NCBI RefSeq assembly: GCF_964213995.1
Contig: NC_135808.1
Location: 31,000,001-31,064,000 of the forward strand
Direction of reading: 5' to 3'
DNA: 64,000 nucleotides
Source: Mustelus asterias
Lineage: Eukaryota
This document shows positions 1 to 12,870 of this stretch, piece after piece (the stretch's first letter is position 1; each line of letters begins with the position of its first letter). Below the pieces are notes generated by a model. The model worked only from the letters and a program-made list of their open reading frames with translations, searched no databases and was not told the origin of the DNA. The position numbers and the translations under genes were made by a program.

Positions 1-939
1 TAATGCCAGGACAATATTCTTACAACATCTATATTTCAATACAGAATTCGAAATTGCATCCAATATGGTGATAATCATCCACATCTTCGTCAGTTTATTG
101 ACCTAAATTGAGAGCAGAGTAATTTTCTATTTTGTCAGATTTTCCTAAAATCATCATTGCATACTTCGATAAAGACCCAGAAAGATTTCAGAACTGTGTG
201 GTAGATTGCACTCAGAATGAATTGAGTTCAATTTTAGATGGGAAATTGCTTTGCTGCCCATTCTTAAATCTATCCTCAGCTGAGATGCCCAGAGCTCCTC
301 TTGTGTCTTTTTATTGATCATCATTATTGCTTGCGTACGTCAGAAGTATTTTGTGAAATGGTAGTGGACAGGTGGTGGAATTTGATCTGGTAACTAACTC
401 ACCAGTTCACTGAGATGTTGCATGAGGATACCTTTAACACAATCCAGCAACTGCAGCTCATCCGTTATCTGGATTAAGTGGATTTTGTACAAAATTTCCG
501 TAATGTTGTCGTCCAAAAGGGTTTGCACATTTTTTTCTACGTTTGGCCAATTCTGTGCTTCGTCAACAAAATGTATTTTGAATCAAGCTATTGGCAAGCA
601 AAATTATATACTTTCAGAATTTGATGAGCATCAGGCTACTTTCTTTTGATTAATTTGGTTTGAATTATCTTTAGAAATGTAGGGAACATGAATGATAGCT
701 CATTGTGTGACTGAATAATTTCCACCACCAAAGTGCCTTGTGGAGGGGTTGCAATAACACAGACATCAATTGCTGAATGATACTTGTGTTTATCAAATTG
801 TTAACTAGCATTTTGGAAAAAAGATCTCCATCTTTGTAGCTGGTCAAATCAATATCAAAATATTCCAAATAATGAATAGCAAAGTTTCCATGTTCTTCAT
901 TTCCCAGTGTATACCCTGCTGCTGGGATCCACTTCAGTT

Positions 940-1620
940 AGAATCACCGAATTGCACAATGATTAAGGAGGTCATTTGGCTTGTTGTGGCCCTGCCATCT
1001 CTCAGCAACAGAACATCACTTGTTCAGCCATTTGCGGCCTTTTCCCCGTAGTCCTCCAGATTATTTATCTTCAACTGATTGTCAAATGTTCTGTTCACAG
1101 ATAGCACTTAATCAAACTCAACAGTACTGTTAAGGGGCAGATATCAGAGCTGAACCAGTCACGGCCTAAAACCCTTCATCCTCATGTCGCCCTTATTTCC
1201 TTTTCCAAACCACTAAACTGTACCTTCTGGTCCCCAAGACTTCGTGTGAGACCTCCACCATTGGGCACAGTTTCTCTCTTTTCTGTCCAGATCCTTCATT
1301 ATTGGCATGACTATTAAATCTCCAGCTCATCTTCACTTTTCCAAAAAAACAGCTCCAATTCCCCCAATCTGCACTTGTAACTAAGGTCGCTCAACCTCAG
1401 GACGATCCTGTGTAATCTTTTCTGGACCCTCTCTCCTGCCTTCATATCTTTCCTAAAGTGTAATGCCTAAAAGTAGCATTATACTTCAGTTGGAGAAAAG
1501 AAGTGGTATAAAAAAAGTACGGAACAATTTACCACAGTTTCCTTCCTTTCATTCTCTATAGAGACCAGGATCCAATAAAATTAAATTCCTGCTTTCTCAA
1601 ACTGCTGTTCCATCTTCAGT
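940..1620 (-). mobile_element. Old, degenerate CR1-type LINE 3' fragment
   Basis: Diverged match to the minus-strand CR1 3' ends elsewhere in the window; no ORF; approximate boundaries. Confidence 0.5.
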
Positions 1621-1899
1621 GAACTGTGTGCACATATTCCTCAGCAAGCTAGCTGTAATTCCGTATCAATGAGCTTGTATTGATCACCTACTTTCAAGCC
1701 CTTTAAGTGCATAATGAATCATTTATTTCAAGATAAATCGACATTACCAATTTACATGGGAAATGATTTTTTAAAATGGTAATGTGATTTTATATTTAAC
1801 TGAGAAGAACTACGAATATAAATATTTGTTGCTCCATGATTACAGAAATGATTTGTGCTTATCATTGGTGCTGACAGTGGTCGTAGTTTATTATTGAAG

Positions 1900-2263
1900 T
1901 TTGATGTTACATCATAATTTGAAGAGCTTCATTAGTAATGTAGACTTGTATGTTCTGGAGCCAACAAGAGAGCAGCCTATATTCTTCAACAAGGTCAAAG
2001 TAATTAATGATTTCATAGTGAAGGTACTCTAGGTAGAAGCAACCATTATAAGACTGAAGTTTGCTTTCAGGTTGAGGGAGAGAAGAGTCGATCCAAGACT
2101 AGGTTTCAAACATGAATAAAGATAATTATGAGGGTATGACAACAGAGCAAGCTAAAGTGAACTGGCAAATTAGATTAAAAGATATGTCAACAAAGATATG
2201 TTGACAAATATTTAAAGTGATATTTCAGGATAAGCAGAATGGACACATCCCAATCGGAAATAA
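1900..2263 (+). mobile_element. Degenerate CR1 ORF2 fragment (post-endonuclease region), host of the Harbinger left end
   Basis: gagccaacaagagagcagcctatatt...gctaaagtgaactggcaaattagattaaaa resembles the other CR1 ORF2 pieces (e.g. near 27020-27130). Confidence 0.55.
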
Positions 2264-2539
2264 AGGGGATGATTCTCCCAAAAGCACTGAATTAGTGGGA
2301 AAACTGTTCTAGATCCCGACTGTTTTTTTCAGTTCAGCTTCTCACTCGATTCTCCACATTCTGTGCACTGCAGAGGTCCCAGTAGTGAATATCATTAAGC
2401 GCTCTGGGGTGGGTCCTATTCACGCAAAAGAGCCTGAAATCGGTAGGATGAGCAGGAACCCACGCATGCGCACATCCCTGGGGGATCGCTGAAAAGATCT
2501 CCCAGCATCCAGATCATTGCCCTCAAACCTCCACAGACA

Positions 2540-2800
2540 TCACTAGCTTCATTGCTGCTACCCAGCTAGCTTCATTGCTGCTACCCACCCCCCCCCCCCC
2601 CACCACACACACATATCGCTGGCCTCATCGCTGGCCCCCACAACGCCCCCTCACGGATATTGTTGGCCTCATCGCTGGCCCCCACAAACCCCCTGACACA
2701 TACATCGCTGGCCTCGTCGCTGGCCCCCACAACCCCCCACACAGACATTGCTGGCTTCATCGCTGCTCCCCCGCACCGCCGCCCCCCCCCCCCCCCGTCT
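2540..2800 (+). repeat. Harbinger subterminal imperfect repeats (CATCGCTGGCC... / CCCCACA)
   Basis: Repeated catcgctggcc(t/c)c units alternating with C-rich spacers. Confidence 0.7.
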
Positions 2801-4906
2801 CCCCCTACACACAGACATGGCTGCCTGCTCACCTCTTGCCCCCATGGATCCGGATAATGCGGGTATCCAATCCCTCCATCCCTCCATCCCTTGAACATAC
2901 TGCCCTCACTGCTGCCCTGCAGAGAACGAGCATTGTGTTGACATGCATAACCCCAGCTTGTGATCATTCCCTCTCTTGAATCGGAGCCTTGAGTATTGCA
3001 CCCCCTAGACACAGCAGTTAACCGATTAGGAGCCCTGAATATTGCACCCACCCTACACACATCAGCCTATTGAATGGCCACCAATCAGCACCCCGAGGAA
3101 TGAATGACACTCAACTGAATGCAGCCTTCAAAATCTTTCACAAGTATTTTTTGCCAACGGGCCCTTGACTGGCCACGCTCACTGCACCTGCACTCCCCTA
3201 ATAAGAGCTTTATATACGCTGCAGGAATGGCCACACAGCCAGTCACGCCACAAAGATGGCTGCATGGAAACCTGCTCCCAGACTTTCAGAGGCCGACCAG
3301 GAGCACCTGCTGGATGCCGTGGAGGAAAGGTGTAATCGTCTGTTCCCTGGCCAGGGCACTAACCCAAGGGGTGCATCTGCTATGGCATTGCGGGAGGCGG
3401 CGGCAGAAGTGATGAATGCCAGGAGTCTGACACCACGCTCTGGCAGGCAGTGCTGCAAAACAATGTACGACCTTCTGCGAGCAGCAAGGGTGAGTGAGCA
3501 TCCCACTTGGAACCGCGCACATGCTTGGCACGGATCTCCAACTCTGCTTAGACACCTGAAGAGCATGCAACAAGTGACCTTACCCCAGAAGCAGAATCTA
3601 ACCCCTTCCCCTCACCCCTCAACGAGCACCCTTCAATGGTGACCGCTTTCCCTGAAACTGTCAGCACAACACCTGAGACACAGGCATGCATTGCGCACCA
3701 TGCACTGCAATATGCTTGCTAACTACCTTATGTTCCCACAGGAAAAGAAGATCCACAACGCATGGGAGACGACACAGACTGGTGGTGGGTGTGCCTGACC
3801 TGTGGCAGCTGACTGGCATGGAGGAGCGTGCCATGGAGCTGGGAGGGAGTGATGGGTCATCATGAATGGTCACTGACAGCCAGGTCAGCATACAGCATGC
3901 AAGTGAGCAGAATCATACCCTCAACCTTGGTCCTCCTGTTAGTAAGTGCGATGCTGCATGGAATGTTTTGTCTCCCCACCCCCTAATGTATGTTATTTTT
4001 TACAGGTCTGGACCCAGAGAAACTGAGCCCTTTGCGTGTTGACGCTGCCCCCGCTGCTCTGGAGCAAAATGCACATGACCCTCTGGATGACACCTTGGAG
4101 GGAGGCACTGAGGAATCCTCCGAGGACAGCACCACTAAAGCGTCACCAGCATGTACCACAGAACCCACTAACACAGATGATCACCACAGTGGGTACCTTT
4201 AATGCTGAGGCTTCTGAATCACAAGCTGGGGAGCACATCACAGCAGCTGATGCACATCAGGTGGAGGCGGTCACGTCCGAGGGCTCAGGGACACAGAGGT
4301 CTGCCGGAGGCCAGGATTCAGCTTTCCCCAAGCCAGCTGCTGGGCCTCTGGGTTTGTTCCTCCCAAGGCTTGTGGAGATTCAGCAGGGGAAGGGCTGTCA
4401 GCAAACATGCTGCTACTGCAAGGCTGCTTAGAGGAGTCAACCAGAATGCTGTTGCGGGAGGTCATGCCAACACAGCGTGAGGCCAAGGCCAACACTGCAA
4501 GGGTGGTGGCTGCAGTGGAATGTCTGGCTCATGGTTTTGTCCTCATGGGTGACAGGGTCCAGGCATCCTGCAGACATGACGGGCCATGGGCGAGTGTGTT
4601 CCAGCATCGAGGAGGCACAGCGTCCTATGGCTATGGGTGTCAGGGGCATGTGGGAGACATTGTTGGCCATGGCTGGGACTCTCACTAGCATTTTGGAGAC
4701 ACAGCAGGCAGTGGCTGTGAGCTTTGACAACTTAGCCCAGGCTCAGCAGCTACTGCTGAGGAGTTCCAGAGCTGGGTTGCTCACAGAATGATGTAGCGGA
4801 GGGGCTCCGGAATTTGGCCGAGTCTCAGAGGGCCAGGGCTGAGGGATCACACATCATGGAGCAGATGCATCTAGGCCTCCAGGACTGGCAGAGCCAGGTG
4901 ATGCTG

Positions 4907-5541
4907 AAGAACAAAGAGCAAAGAACAATACAGCACGGGAACAGGCCCTTCGGCCCTCCAAGCCTGCGCTGCTCCCTGGTCCAAACTAGACTATTCTTTC
5001 GTATCCCTCCTGTCACACTCCGTTCATGTGGCTATCTAGATAAGTCTTAAAAGTTCCCAGTGTGTCCGCCTCCACCACCTTGCCTGGCAGCGCATTCCAG
5101 GCCCCCACCACCCTCTGTGTAAAATGCGTCCTTCTGATATCCGTGTTAAACCTCCCCCCCCCCCCCCCCACCGCTTCACCTTGAACCTATGACCCCTCGT
5201 GAACGTCACCACCGATCTGGGAAAAAGCTTACCACCGTTCACCCTATCTATGCCTTTCATAATTTTATACACCTCTATTAGGTCACCCCTCATCCTCCAT
5301 CTTTCCAGTGAGAACAACCCCAGTTTACCCAATCTCTCCTCATAACTAAGCCCTTCCATACCAGGCAACATCCTGGTAAACCTCCTCTGCACTCATTCTA
5401 AAGCCTCCACGTCCTTCTGGTAGTGTAGCGACCAGAACTGGGCGCAGTATTCCAAATGCGGCCGAACCGACATTCTATACAACTGCAACATCAGACCCCA
5501 AGTTTTATACTCTGTGCCCCGTCCTATGAAGGCAAGCATGC
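4907..5541 (-). mobile_element. CR1 LINE, 3' part of the copy that continues at 6672-8196
   Basis: QRRFTRMLPGMEGLSYEERLGKLGLFSLE; (AGAACAA)n tail at about 4907-4928. Confidence 0.9.
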
Positions 5542-6671
5542 TTATCGGCTTATGATGAAAGTAAGGAGGTGTGGGAGAGAGGGAAAGTTGGCCGATTGAA
5601 TAGGTAACTGGCTAACTGATCGAAGACAGATGGTGGTGGTGGATGGAAAATTTTCGGACTGGAGGCAGGTTGCTAGCGGAGTGCCATAGGGATCAGTGCT
5701 TGGTCCTCTGCTCTTTGTGATTTTTATCAATGACTTAGAGGAGGGGGCTGAAGGGTGGATCAGAAAATTTGCTGATGACACCAAGATTGGTGGAGTAGTG
5801 GATGAGGTGGAGGGCTGTTGTAGGCTGCAAACAGACATAGATAGGATGCAAAGCTGGGCTGAAAAATGGCAAATGGAGTTTAACCCTGATAAATGTGAGG
5901 TGATTCATTTTGGTAGGACTAATTTAAATGTGGATTACAGGGTCAAAAGTAGGGGTCTGAAGACTGCGGAGGAACAGAGAGATCTTGGGGTCCATATCCA
6001 CAGATCTCTAAAGGTTGCCACTCAAGTGGATAGAGCTGTGAAGAAGGCCTATAGTGTGTTAGCTTTTATTAACAGGTGGTTGGAGTTTAAGAGCCGTGGG
6101 ATTATGCTGCAACTGTACAGGACCTTGGTGAGACCACATTTGGAATATTGTGTGCAGTTGTGGTCACCTCACTATAAGAAGGATGTGGAAGCGCTGGAAA
6201 GAGTGCAGAGGAGATTTACCAGGATGCTGCCTGGTTTGGAGGGTAGGTCTTATGAGGAAAGGTTGAGGGAGCTAGGGCTGTTCTCTCTGGAGCGGAGGAG
6301 TCTGAGGGGAGACTTAATGGAGGTTTATAAAATGATGAAGGGGAAAGATAGAGTGAACGTTCAAAGACTATTTCCTCGGGTGGATGGAGCTATTACAAGG
6401 GGGGCATGACTGTAGGGTTCATGGTGGGAGATATAGGAAGGATATCAGAGGTAGGTTCTTTACGCAGAGAGTGGTTGGAGTGTGGAATGGACTGCCTGCA
6501 GTGATAGTGGATCAGACACTTTAGGAACATTTAAGTGGTTATTGGATAGGCACATGGAGCATACCAGGATGATAGGGAGTGGGATAGCTTGATCTTGGTT
6601 TCAGATAAAGCTCGGCACCACATCGTGGGCCGAAGGGCCTGTTCTGTGCTGTACTGTTCTATGTTCTATGC
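5542..6671 (+). mobile_element. Young 5'-truncated CR1 inserted antisense into another CR1
   Basis: RT motifs LGPLLFVIFINDL and FADDTK; (GTTCTAT)n tail; ATGC at both junctions; the host CR1 rejoins as ggcaagcatgccatatgcc. Confidence 0.92.
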
Positions 6672-8196
6672 CATATGCCTTATTCACTACCTTCTCCACC
6701 TGTAATGTCACCTTCAAGGATCTGTGGACTTGCACACCCAGGTCCCTCTGCGTATCTACACCCTTTATGGTTCTGCCATTTATCGTATAGCTCCCCCCTA
6801 CGTTAGTTCTACCAAAATGCATCACTTCGCATTCATCTGGATTGAGCTCCATCTGCCATTTCTTTGCCCAAATTTCCAGCCTATCTATATCCTTCTGTAG
6901 CCTCTGACAATGTTCCTCACTATCTGCAAGTCCAGCCATTTTCGTGTCGTCCGCAAACTTACTGATCACCCCAGTTACACCTTCTTCCAGATCGTTTATA
7001 TAAATCACAAACAGCAGAGGTCCCAATACAGAGCCCTGCGGAACACCACTAGTCACAGGCATCCAGCTGGAAAAAGACCCTTCCACTACCACCCTCTGTC
7101 TTCAGTGACCAAGCCAGTTCTCCACCCATCTAGCCACCTCCCCCTTAATCCCATGAGATCCAAACTTTTGCACCAACCTACCATGAGGGACTTTGTCAAA
7201 CGCTTTACTAAAGTCCATATAGACATCCAAGGCCCTTCCCTCGTCCACCATTCTGGTCACTTCTTCAAAAAACTCCACCAGGTTAGTGAGGCATGACCTC
7301 CCTCTCACAAAACCATGCTGACTATCGTGAATGATTTTATTCCTTTCTAAATGCACATACGTCCTATCTCTAAGAATCCTCTCCAACAACTTCCCTACCA
7401 TGGACGTCAAGCTCACCGGCCTATAATTTCCCGGGTTATCCTTCCTACCCTTCTTAAATAACGGGACCACATTAGCTATCCTCCAATCCTCTGGGACCTC
7501 ACCTGTGTCCAGTGACGAGACAAAGATTTGCGTCAGAGGCCCAGTGATTTCACCTCTCATCTCCCTGAGCATCCTGGGATAGATTCCATCAGGCCCTGGG
7601 GATTTGTCAGTCTTTATATTCCCTAAAAGACCTAACACTTCCTCCCTTGTAATGGAGATTTTCTCGAACGGGTCAACACTCCCCTCCGAGACACTCCCAG
7701 TCAACACATCCCTCTCCTTTGTGAATACTGATGCAAAGTATTCATTTAGGATCTCTCCTATTTCTTTGGGCTCTGAGCATAATTCCCCACTTTTGTCCCT
7801 GAGAGGTCCGACTTTTTCCCTGACAACCCTTTTGTTCCTAACGTATGAATAAAATGCCTTGGGATTCTCCTTAATCCTCTCTGCCAAGGACATTTCGTGA
7901 CCCCTGTTTGCCCTTCTAATTCTTCGTTTGAGTTCTTTCCTACTTTCTTTATATTTCTCCAGATCTCCCTCCATTTTTAGCTGCCTGGGCCGAACGTACG
8001 CCACTCTTTCTTTTTGACCAATCCCTCAATTTCCCTGGTTACCCACGGTTCTCGAATCCTACCCTTCCTATCCTTCTTTTTTACAGGCACATGCCTATCC
8101 GGCAACCCTAACAACTGTCCCTTAAAAGACTCCCACATGCCAAATGTGGATTTACCCTCAAATAGTCTCTCCCAATCAACAGCTGCCAATTTCTGC
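6672..8196 (-). mobile_element. CR1 LINE ORF2 (RT domain), 5' part of the interrupted copy
   Basis: KSPGPDGIYP, NYRPVSLTS, QHGF, DFSKAFDKVPH, GVPQGSVLGP and FADD in ORFs 7102-8004 and 6601-7092. Confidence 0.92.
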
Positions 8197-9235
8197 CTTC
8201 CCCTGCTTTTGGAGATCAGTCCAGCTACCCTAGTGTCCCATGGAGTGCCGCTGGGCAACCCAAGGGAGGACGAAGGGCTTGAGCCCATGCCAGGGTCTTC
8301 CACCCAGAAGACCACAGATGTCCAGAGACCTTACGATTCTCCACTTCCTCACAGCGGGACATCTCAGGGCCAGAGAGATGAACAGGGTAGCACCAAAACA
8401 GTGCCATCCGCAAGTCAGCCGGGGCCATCCAGGTCTTGGTCACCGAGGGCGCGTCCGCCAAGGGCATCGCAGGCAATGGGGCATGCATCACAGCTGGACA
8501 CTTCCACCTCGGATGTGCATCCTGGGGTAGCACCGAGAAGAAGCAGTAACAGCACAAAGTTAGACAATTGTACTTCACTAGAGGACACGGGTGAAGGTCA
8601 GCATTAGTCAGGATTTGGTAATCATTTATGTTAAGAGCACAATAAACTGTTAATTGCACGTCATGCTGTGATTAGTATGTCTCTGAATCTCTCCCCCCAC
8701 CCGCTGACCCACCCACAGCCCTGTGTACCCGACTCCCAAACTTAGAGGTGCTATCTGTTGAGCCTTGCAGACTCAGCCATATGTTCCAGACTGCCTCCCC
8801 TACCTTCTCCAACATCCACCAGACCTTTGGCGCCACCCCCGCCCCCCCACCTCCACCCCAGCCAAAAACATGTGTCCCAACCCTGACAGCTATGTGGGCC
8901 AGGGTGGCAGCGTGCATTCAGAGTACAGGTCGGAGTCAGTCTTGAGTTGCACCAGGGGCAGGGTCCCAGTGTTCACAACAGCGAGTCGTCATCATCCTCC
9001 AGCCTTCAAACAAGACTCACAGCTGTTGCCAGCCCAGGCACATTAATAGGGTCGGATGTTTCTGGGGGAAAGGGCGGTGGGATGACAGGAGCAGGGGAAG
9101 GGTGATGTGGTGGTTTGAGGGCCCTGGTCAGTTTGGAGGGGGAATAGCAGCTGCACTTTCTCCTGGGGTATGGTGGATGTGTATTGGTTGCACCCCCCTT
9201 ACTGCACAGCACCAGCTAGGTGAAGTGGGCTGCAA

Positions 9236-10420
9236 TCAAGGTGACCCTTGCTGCCCTTCCTTGCCGGTCACCTGCCAATGCCACCCGCTGTCTTTCCTCC
9301 AGCTCGTCATATGGCGGGATGCCCAGCTCACTCCCTCATCACTCCTCCTTCTCTTCCTCCTCCTCCTCCTCCTCCTGCTCCAGCTGGTCTCCCCGTTGCT
9401 GGGCGATGTTATGAAAAGTGCAGCAAATGATAATGGTGCGTGAAGCACGCAAAGGGTCATACTGGAGAGCCCTCCCCCCAGAGGGGTCCAAGCAGTGGAA
9501 CCGCATCTTCAGCAGGCTGATGCACCGCTCAATGATGGACCAGGTGGCTGCATGGGCCTCGTTGTAGCGGGTCTCTGCCTCAGAATGCCTCCGCACAGGT
9601 GTTACCTTAGCGGGTAACCCTTGTCACCTAGTAGCCTTCCTGGGAGCCTGGGCTGGTCTTCAAAGAACCCAAGGATGTCCGACTGCTGGATCACAAAGCT
9701 GTCATGGACACTCCCGGGGTGGCATACATCAATCTGCATGATCTTCATTGGATGGTCGCAGACAATTTGGACGTTCAGAGAGTGGAACCATTGGAGTTCA
9801 AAAATTGCTGTGGCCCTGCCTTGGGGGCCCACAAGGCAATGTGCATGCCATCCACTGCATCCTGCACATTCAGGATCCCGGTGATGGAGGCAAAGTCAAG
9901 GCCCAGGCCTTCTGCTGTGCAGGGCCCACATCCAGATTTATGAACTGCCCTGCCTGGGCAGAAAGGGCATCTGTGACCTGCTGCACACATCTGTGCATGG
10001 AGGCCTGGGAGATACCAGCTAGGTTGCCACTGGGAGCCTGGAATGATCCAGAGGTATAGAAATTGACGGCTGCCATCACCTCCACGTCCACAGGGAGCAG
10101 GTGGCTGCTGCTCACCTGAGGTGCAAGGTGTGAGAGTACCTCATGAATGTGTCACACCATGGTCTTGGACAGGAGCAGCTGGCGACGGCTGACAGGGCTC
10201 AAAGGAATTGTGGGGCCTGTAGCTGCTTGCCCTCAGCACCCTCCGCCTTCTGTACACCCTCTCGGGAGCCTGCGCACCCACGTCCTGGCCCTCAGCGGCA
10301 GCCCCCTGTCCTCCTTCCTGAGGATCTGGTGGTGGTTGCTCTTGCAGTGGTCTCTCCACGCCTGCCACCTCCTGAGCCATTGCCTCCTTCTCCTCCTGCA
10401 CTCCTGCTGCCACCAACATG
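9236..10420 (-). pseudogene. Harbinger DDE transposase (HARBI1-like), frameshifted
   Basis: Across frames: FYTSGSFQ..GISQASMHRCVQQVTDAL, AVDGMHIAL, FHSLNVQIVCD, PGSVHDS, LLGDKGYPL, YNEAH..IIERCISLLKMRFHCLD and CCTFHNIA. Confidence 0.9.
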
Positions 10421-11829
10421 GCCAGCTGCAGATCGAGCAAACCGAGATCCCTCTGCACAGTGGAGTTTGGAAAGAGCATGGAATGACGGATTACTCTCAT
10501 TGGCTTCATAAATCCAGCACCAACTTAATCCCTCACTTGGGCTAGAATCCCCACTTGTGGTAGCTGGCAACCCCACACAATGCATGGTGCCATGCATGGC
10601 CCGATTAGGGTTGTGTGAGATTCCCATCATGGCAAATGCTGGCACAGATTATGCAGGTCGGTGCCCAGTGACAGCAGACTCCATGCAGTCCACGTCTGAA
10701 CCGGCCTGGAGCAGCAGCTGCTTCATCTGCTTAGGCCTCAGTCAGCACATGGTGCGCTCCTCCCTTAGCCCGGAACACCAGCACTTAGTCGAGTCCCTGA
10801 CCACACCTCGCAGCAAGACACTGCCACTGCAAAGTGCCGTGGAGGGGGAGGGTGAGCCAGAGGTGGATACATTATTAATAAGCAAAGAAGTGGTAGGTTT
10901 TGGGGGGGAGGGATGACGCAGATTTGAGGTTTTCATCAGTGGAACAAAGAGCCTATTTATTGGTAGAGCAGGTTCGAGTTACGAATGGCCTACTCCTTCC
11001 TCCTTTTTCGTAAGTTTGCATGTTTTTGTGACTGGAAGGTTATTTTTTCATTGAGTTCCTGGGGGCACAGCATTAGATCACACCTTTTTTGGGAAATGTA
11101 ACAACAATTTACTTTTTTGCGTAGGATTCGTGAGCGTAAATAAAAAATAAAATGAAGAAGAAAGCTGCAGATTGAATCAGCTGGACACTTGGTGCAAACG
11201 CACTGAATAATGAAGATTCAATGCGGAATCGTGGGAGGCAATTCACACACGGGAAGCCAAGAAAGAATGGAAATGCACAATAAGTGAAAGGATAAAGCGA
11301 AGTATAGAGGAACCGAGCGACCTTGAAGAACATGCCGACGGATACTTGAATGTGCTGTCGCAAGCAGGTAAGGTTAGGAAGGTGTACATTCGACTTGCCT
11401 TTATTAGCCAACATACAGAATAGAAGATCTCAGGGATCACTCTGGACCTCTATGGAAAATAAACATTTAGGCTAAAAATGAAGCACTGCCATCATTTCCG
11501 GTCCCCTGACCACAGGAAAGATGACTTGCAATTGAAAACATACACAGAGGTTTTACGCAGATGCTGAATTTTAGTTTCGATGAGTGCTTGGATAGGTTAG
11601 GGTCAGTTCATTTAACAGTATGGAGTGTAGAGAATGGATAGGAGGACCTAATCCTCTGGGTAGAGGTGTCCATCACAATAGGGTATCGATGTAGGGTAAG
11701 CTGCAGTCAGTTTGGGTGAGATTGAAGCAGAATTATTTCATGCAGATCAAATCAGCCATGTAGGCTCGAGGGGCCGACTGATCCTTCTCCTAATACTTAT
11801 GTGCATACACAGAGGGTGCGCACCATTTA

Positions 11830-12870
11830 TGTTCTATGTGGGAATTTGGGTACCTGTCCAGCACATGTGCTGGAAATGTTTCCAATTGAATCTGGGTTTC
11901 CGAGCTCGAGCAGTGGCCGGCGGCACTGTGGGGCATCCACAAGGTGGAAGGTATCATGGATAGCATGAAAAGTGAGGTCAACACACTGCAGGCTAGGACT
12001 CCCCAGGCATACAGAGAATGGGTGACCATAGGCGGCACAAGAGTTCTCCGCGACTAAGCAGACAGTGCAGGGATCCCCTGTGGCCAGTCCCCTGCAAAAC
12101 ACACATACCGCGTTGGAGACATTGGAGGGCCAGAGAGTGGGATGGATGGCCCCCTCTGGTGAAAGAAGCAACAATCAACCAAATGCATTGCATAATGATT
12201 GGCTCTGCTGCACACGGGAAGAACAAAAAGTGCGGGAATGCAATAGTTATGGGGTATTTAATTGTAAATACACTAGATAAGGGTTTCTCTTTCGCCAAAC
12301 GAGACTTTTATCTAAGGTGTGGGAAGTAAACAATCAGTTGTTGTGGTAAATATTGCTACAAAAGGCATATGCTTAGAAAATGATGTCCTAAAAGCAGAAT
12401 ATAGCGAATTAGGAAGTTATTTGAAAAACAGGACCTTACAGGTACTGATCTCAATATTACCGCCAATGCCATGTGCTATGGGGCAGCACGGGTGGCACAG
12501 TGGTTAGCACTGCTGCTTCACAGTGCCAGGGACCCGGGTTCAATTCCCGGCTTGGGTCACTGTCTGTGTGGAGTTTGCACAGTCTCCCCGTGTCTGCGTG
12601 GGTTTCCTCCGGGTGCTCTGGTTTCTTCTCAGTCTGAAAGACGTGCTGGTGAGCCGAACCGTCGCCTGAGTGTGACGACTAGGGGAATTTCACAGTAACT
12701 CCATTGCAGTGTTAATGTAAGCCTTACTCGTGACAAATAAATAAACGTCACTTTGCTTTAGTCAGAGCAGAAACAGCAGGATACATCATCTGAAGAGATG
12801 GTGTGAGGGGGATGATTTCAAATTTCTAGGATACTGTGACTGGTTCTGGGGGAGGTGGGAAAAGTATAAT
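11830..12870 (+). mobile_element. Degenerate CR1 ORF1 (SGNH esterase-like), split by a SINE
   Basis: AIVMGYLIVNTLDKGFS resembles the CR1 ORF1 GDS block (AIVIGDSIVRG.DRRF); W-rich continuation at about 12765-12870. Confidence 0.6.
12480..12745 (+). mobile_element. tRNA-derived V-SINE (HE1-like)
   Basis: A box TGGCACAGTGG, B box GGTTCAATTCC, V-domain core (ggagtttgcac...gggtttcctccgggtgc), AATAAA-like tail. Confidence 0.85.

Larger units (their letters stand above)
3256..8607 (+). pseudogene. Harbinger Myb/SANT-like DNA-binding protein gene, spliced and disrupted
   Basis: Exon 1 3256-3489 (MAAWKPAPRLSEADQEHLLDAVEER...RSGRQCCKTMYDLLRAAR|gtgagt). Exon 2 from 3742 (cccacag|EKKIHNAWETTQTGG). Exon 3 from 4006 (ttttacag|), split by CR1s at 4907-8196 and resuming at about 8197-8607. 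Stops and frameshifts present. Confidence 0.8.
2264..10860. mobile_element. Decayed PIF/Harbinger DNA transposon (convergent Myb/SANT gene and DDE nuclease gene), with nested CR1s
   Basis: Probable left end (A)GGGGATGATTCTCCC preceded by TAA (2261-2263); GC-rich subterminal repeats; Myb-like gene on + and HARBI1-like nuclease on -. No right TIR found; a CR1 3' end begins at about 10860. Confidence 0.88.

Noticed and set aside
2575-3060. Pro/Gly-rich ORFs on both strands
   Set aside because: They are artefacts of the C-rich Harbinger subterminal repeats.
12480-12560. tRNA genes at SINE heads (here and in similar copies)
   Set aside because: The A/B boxes run directly into SINE cores, so these are not standalone tRNAs.
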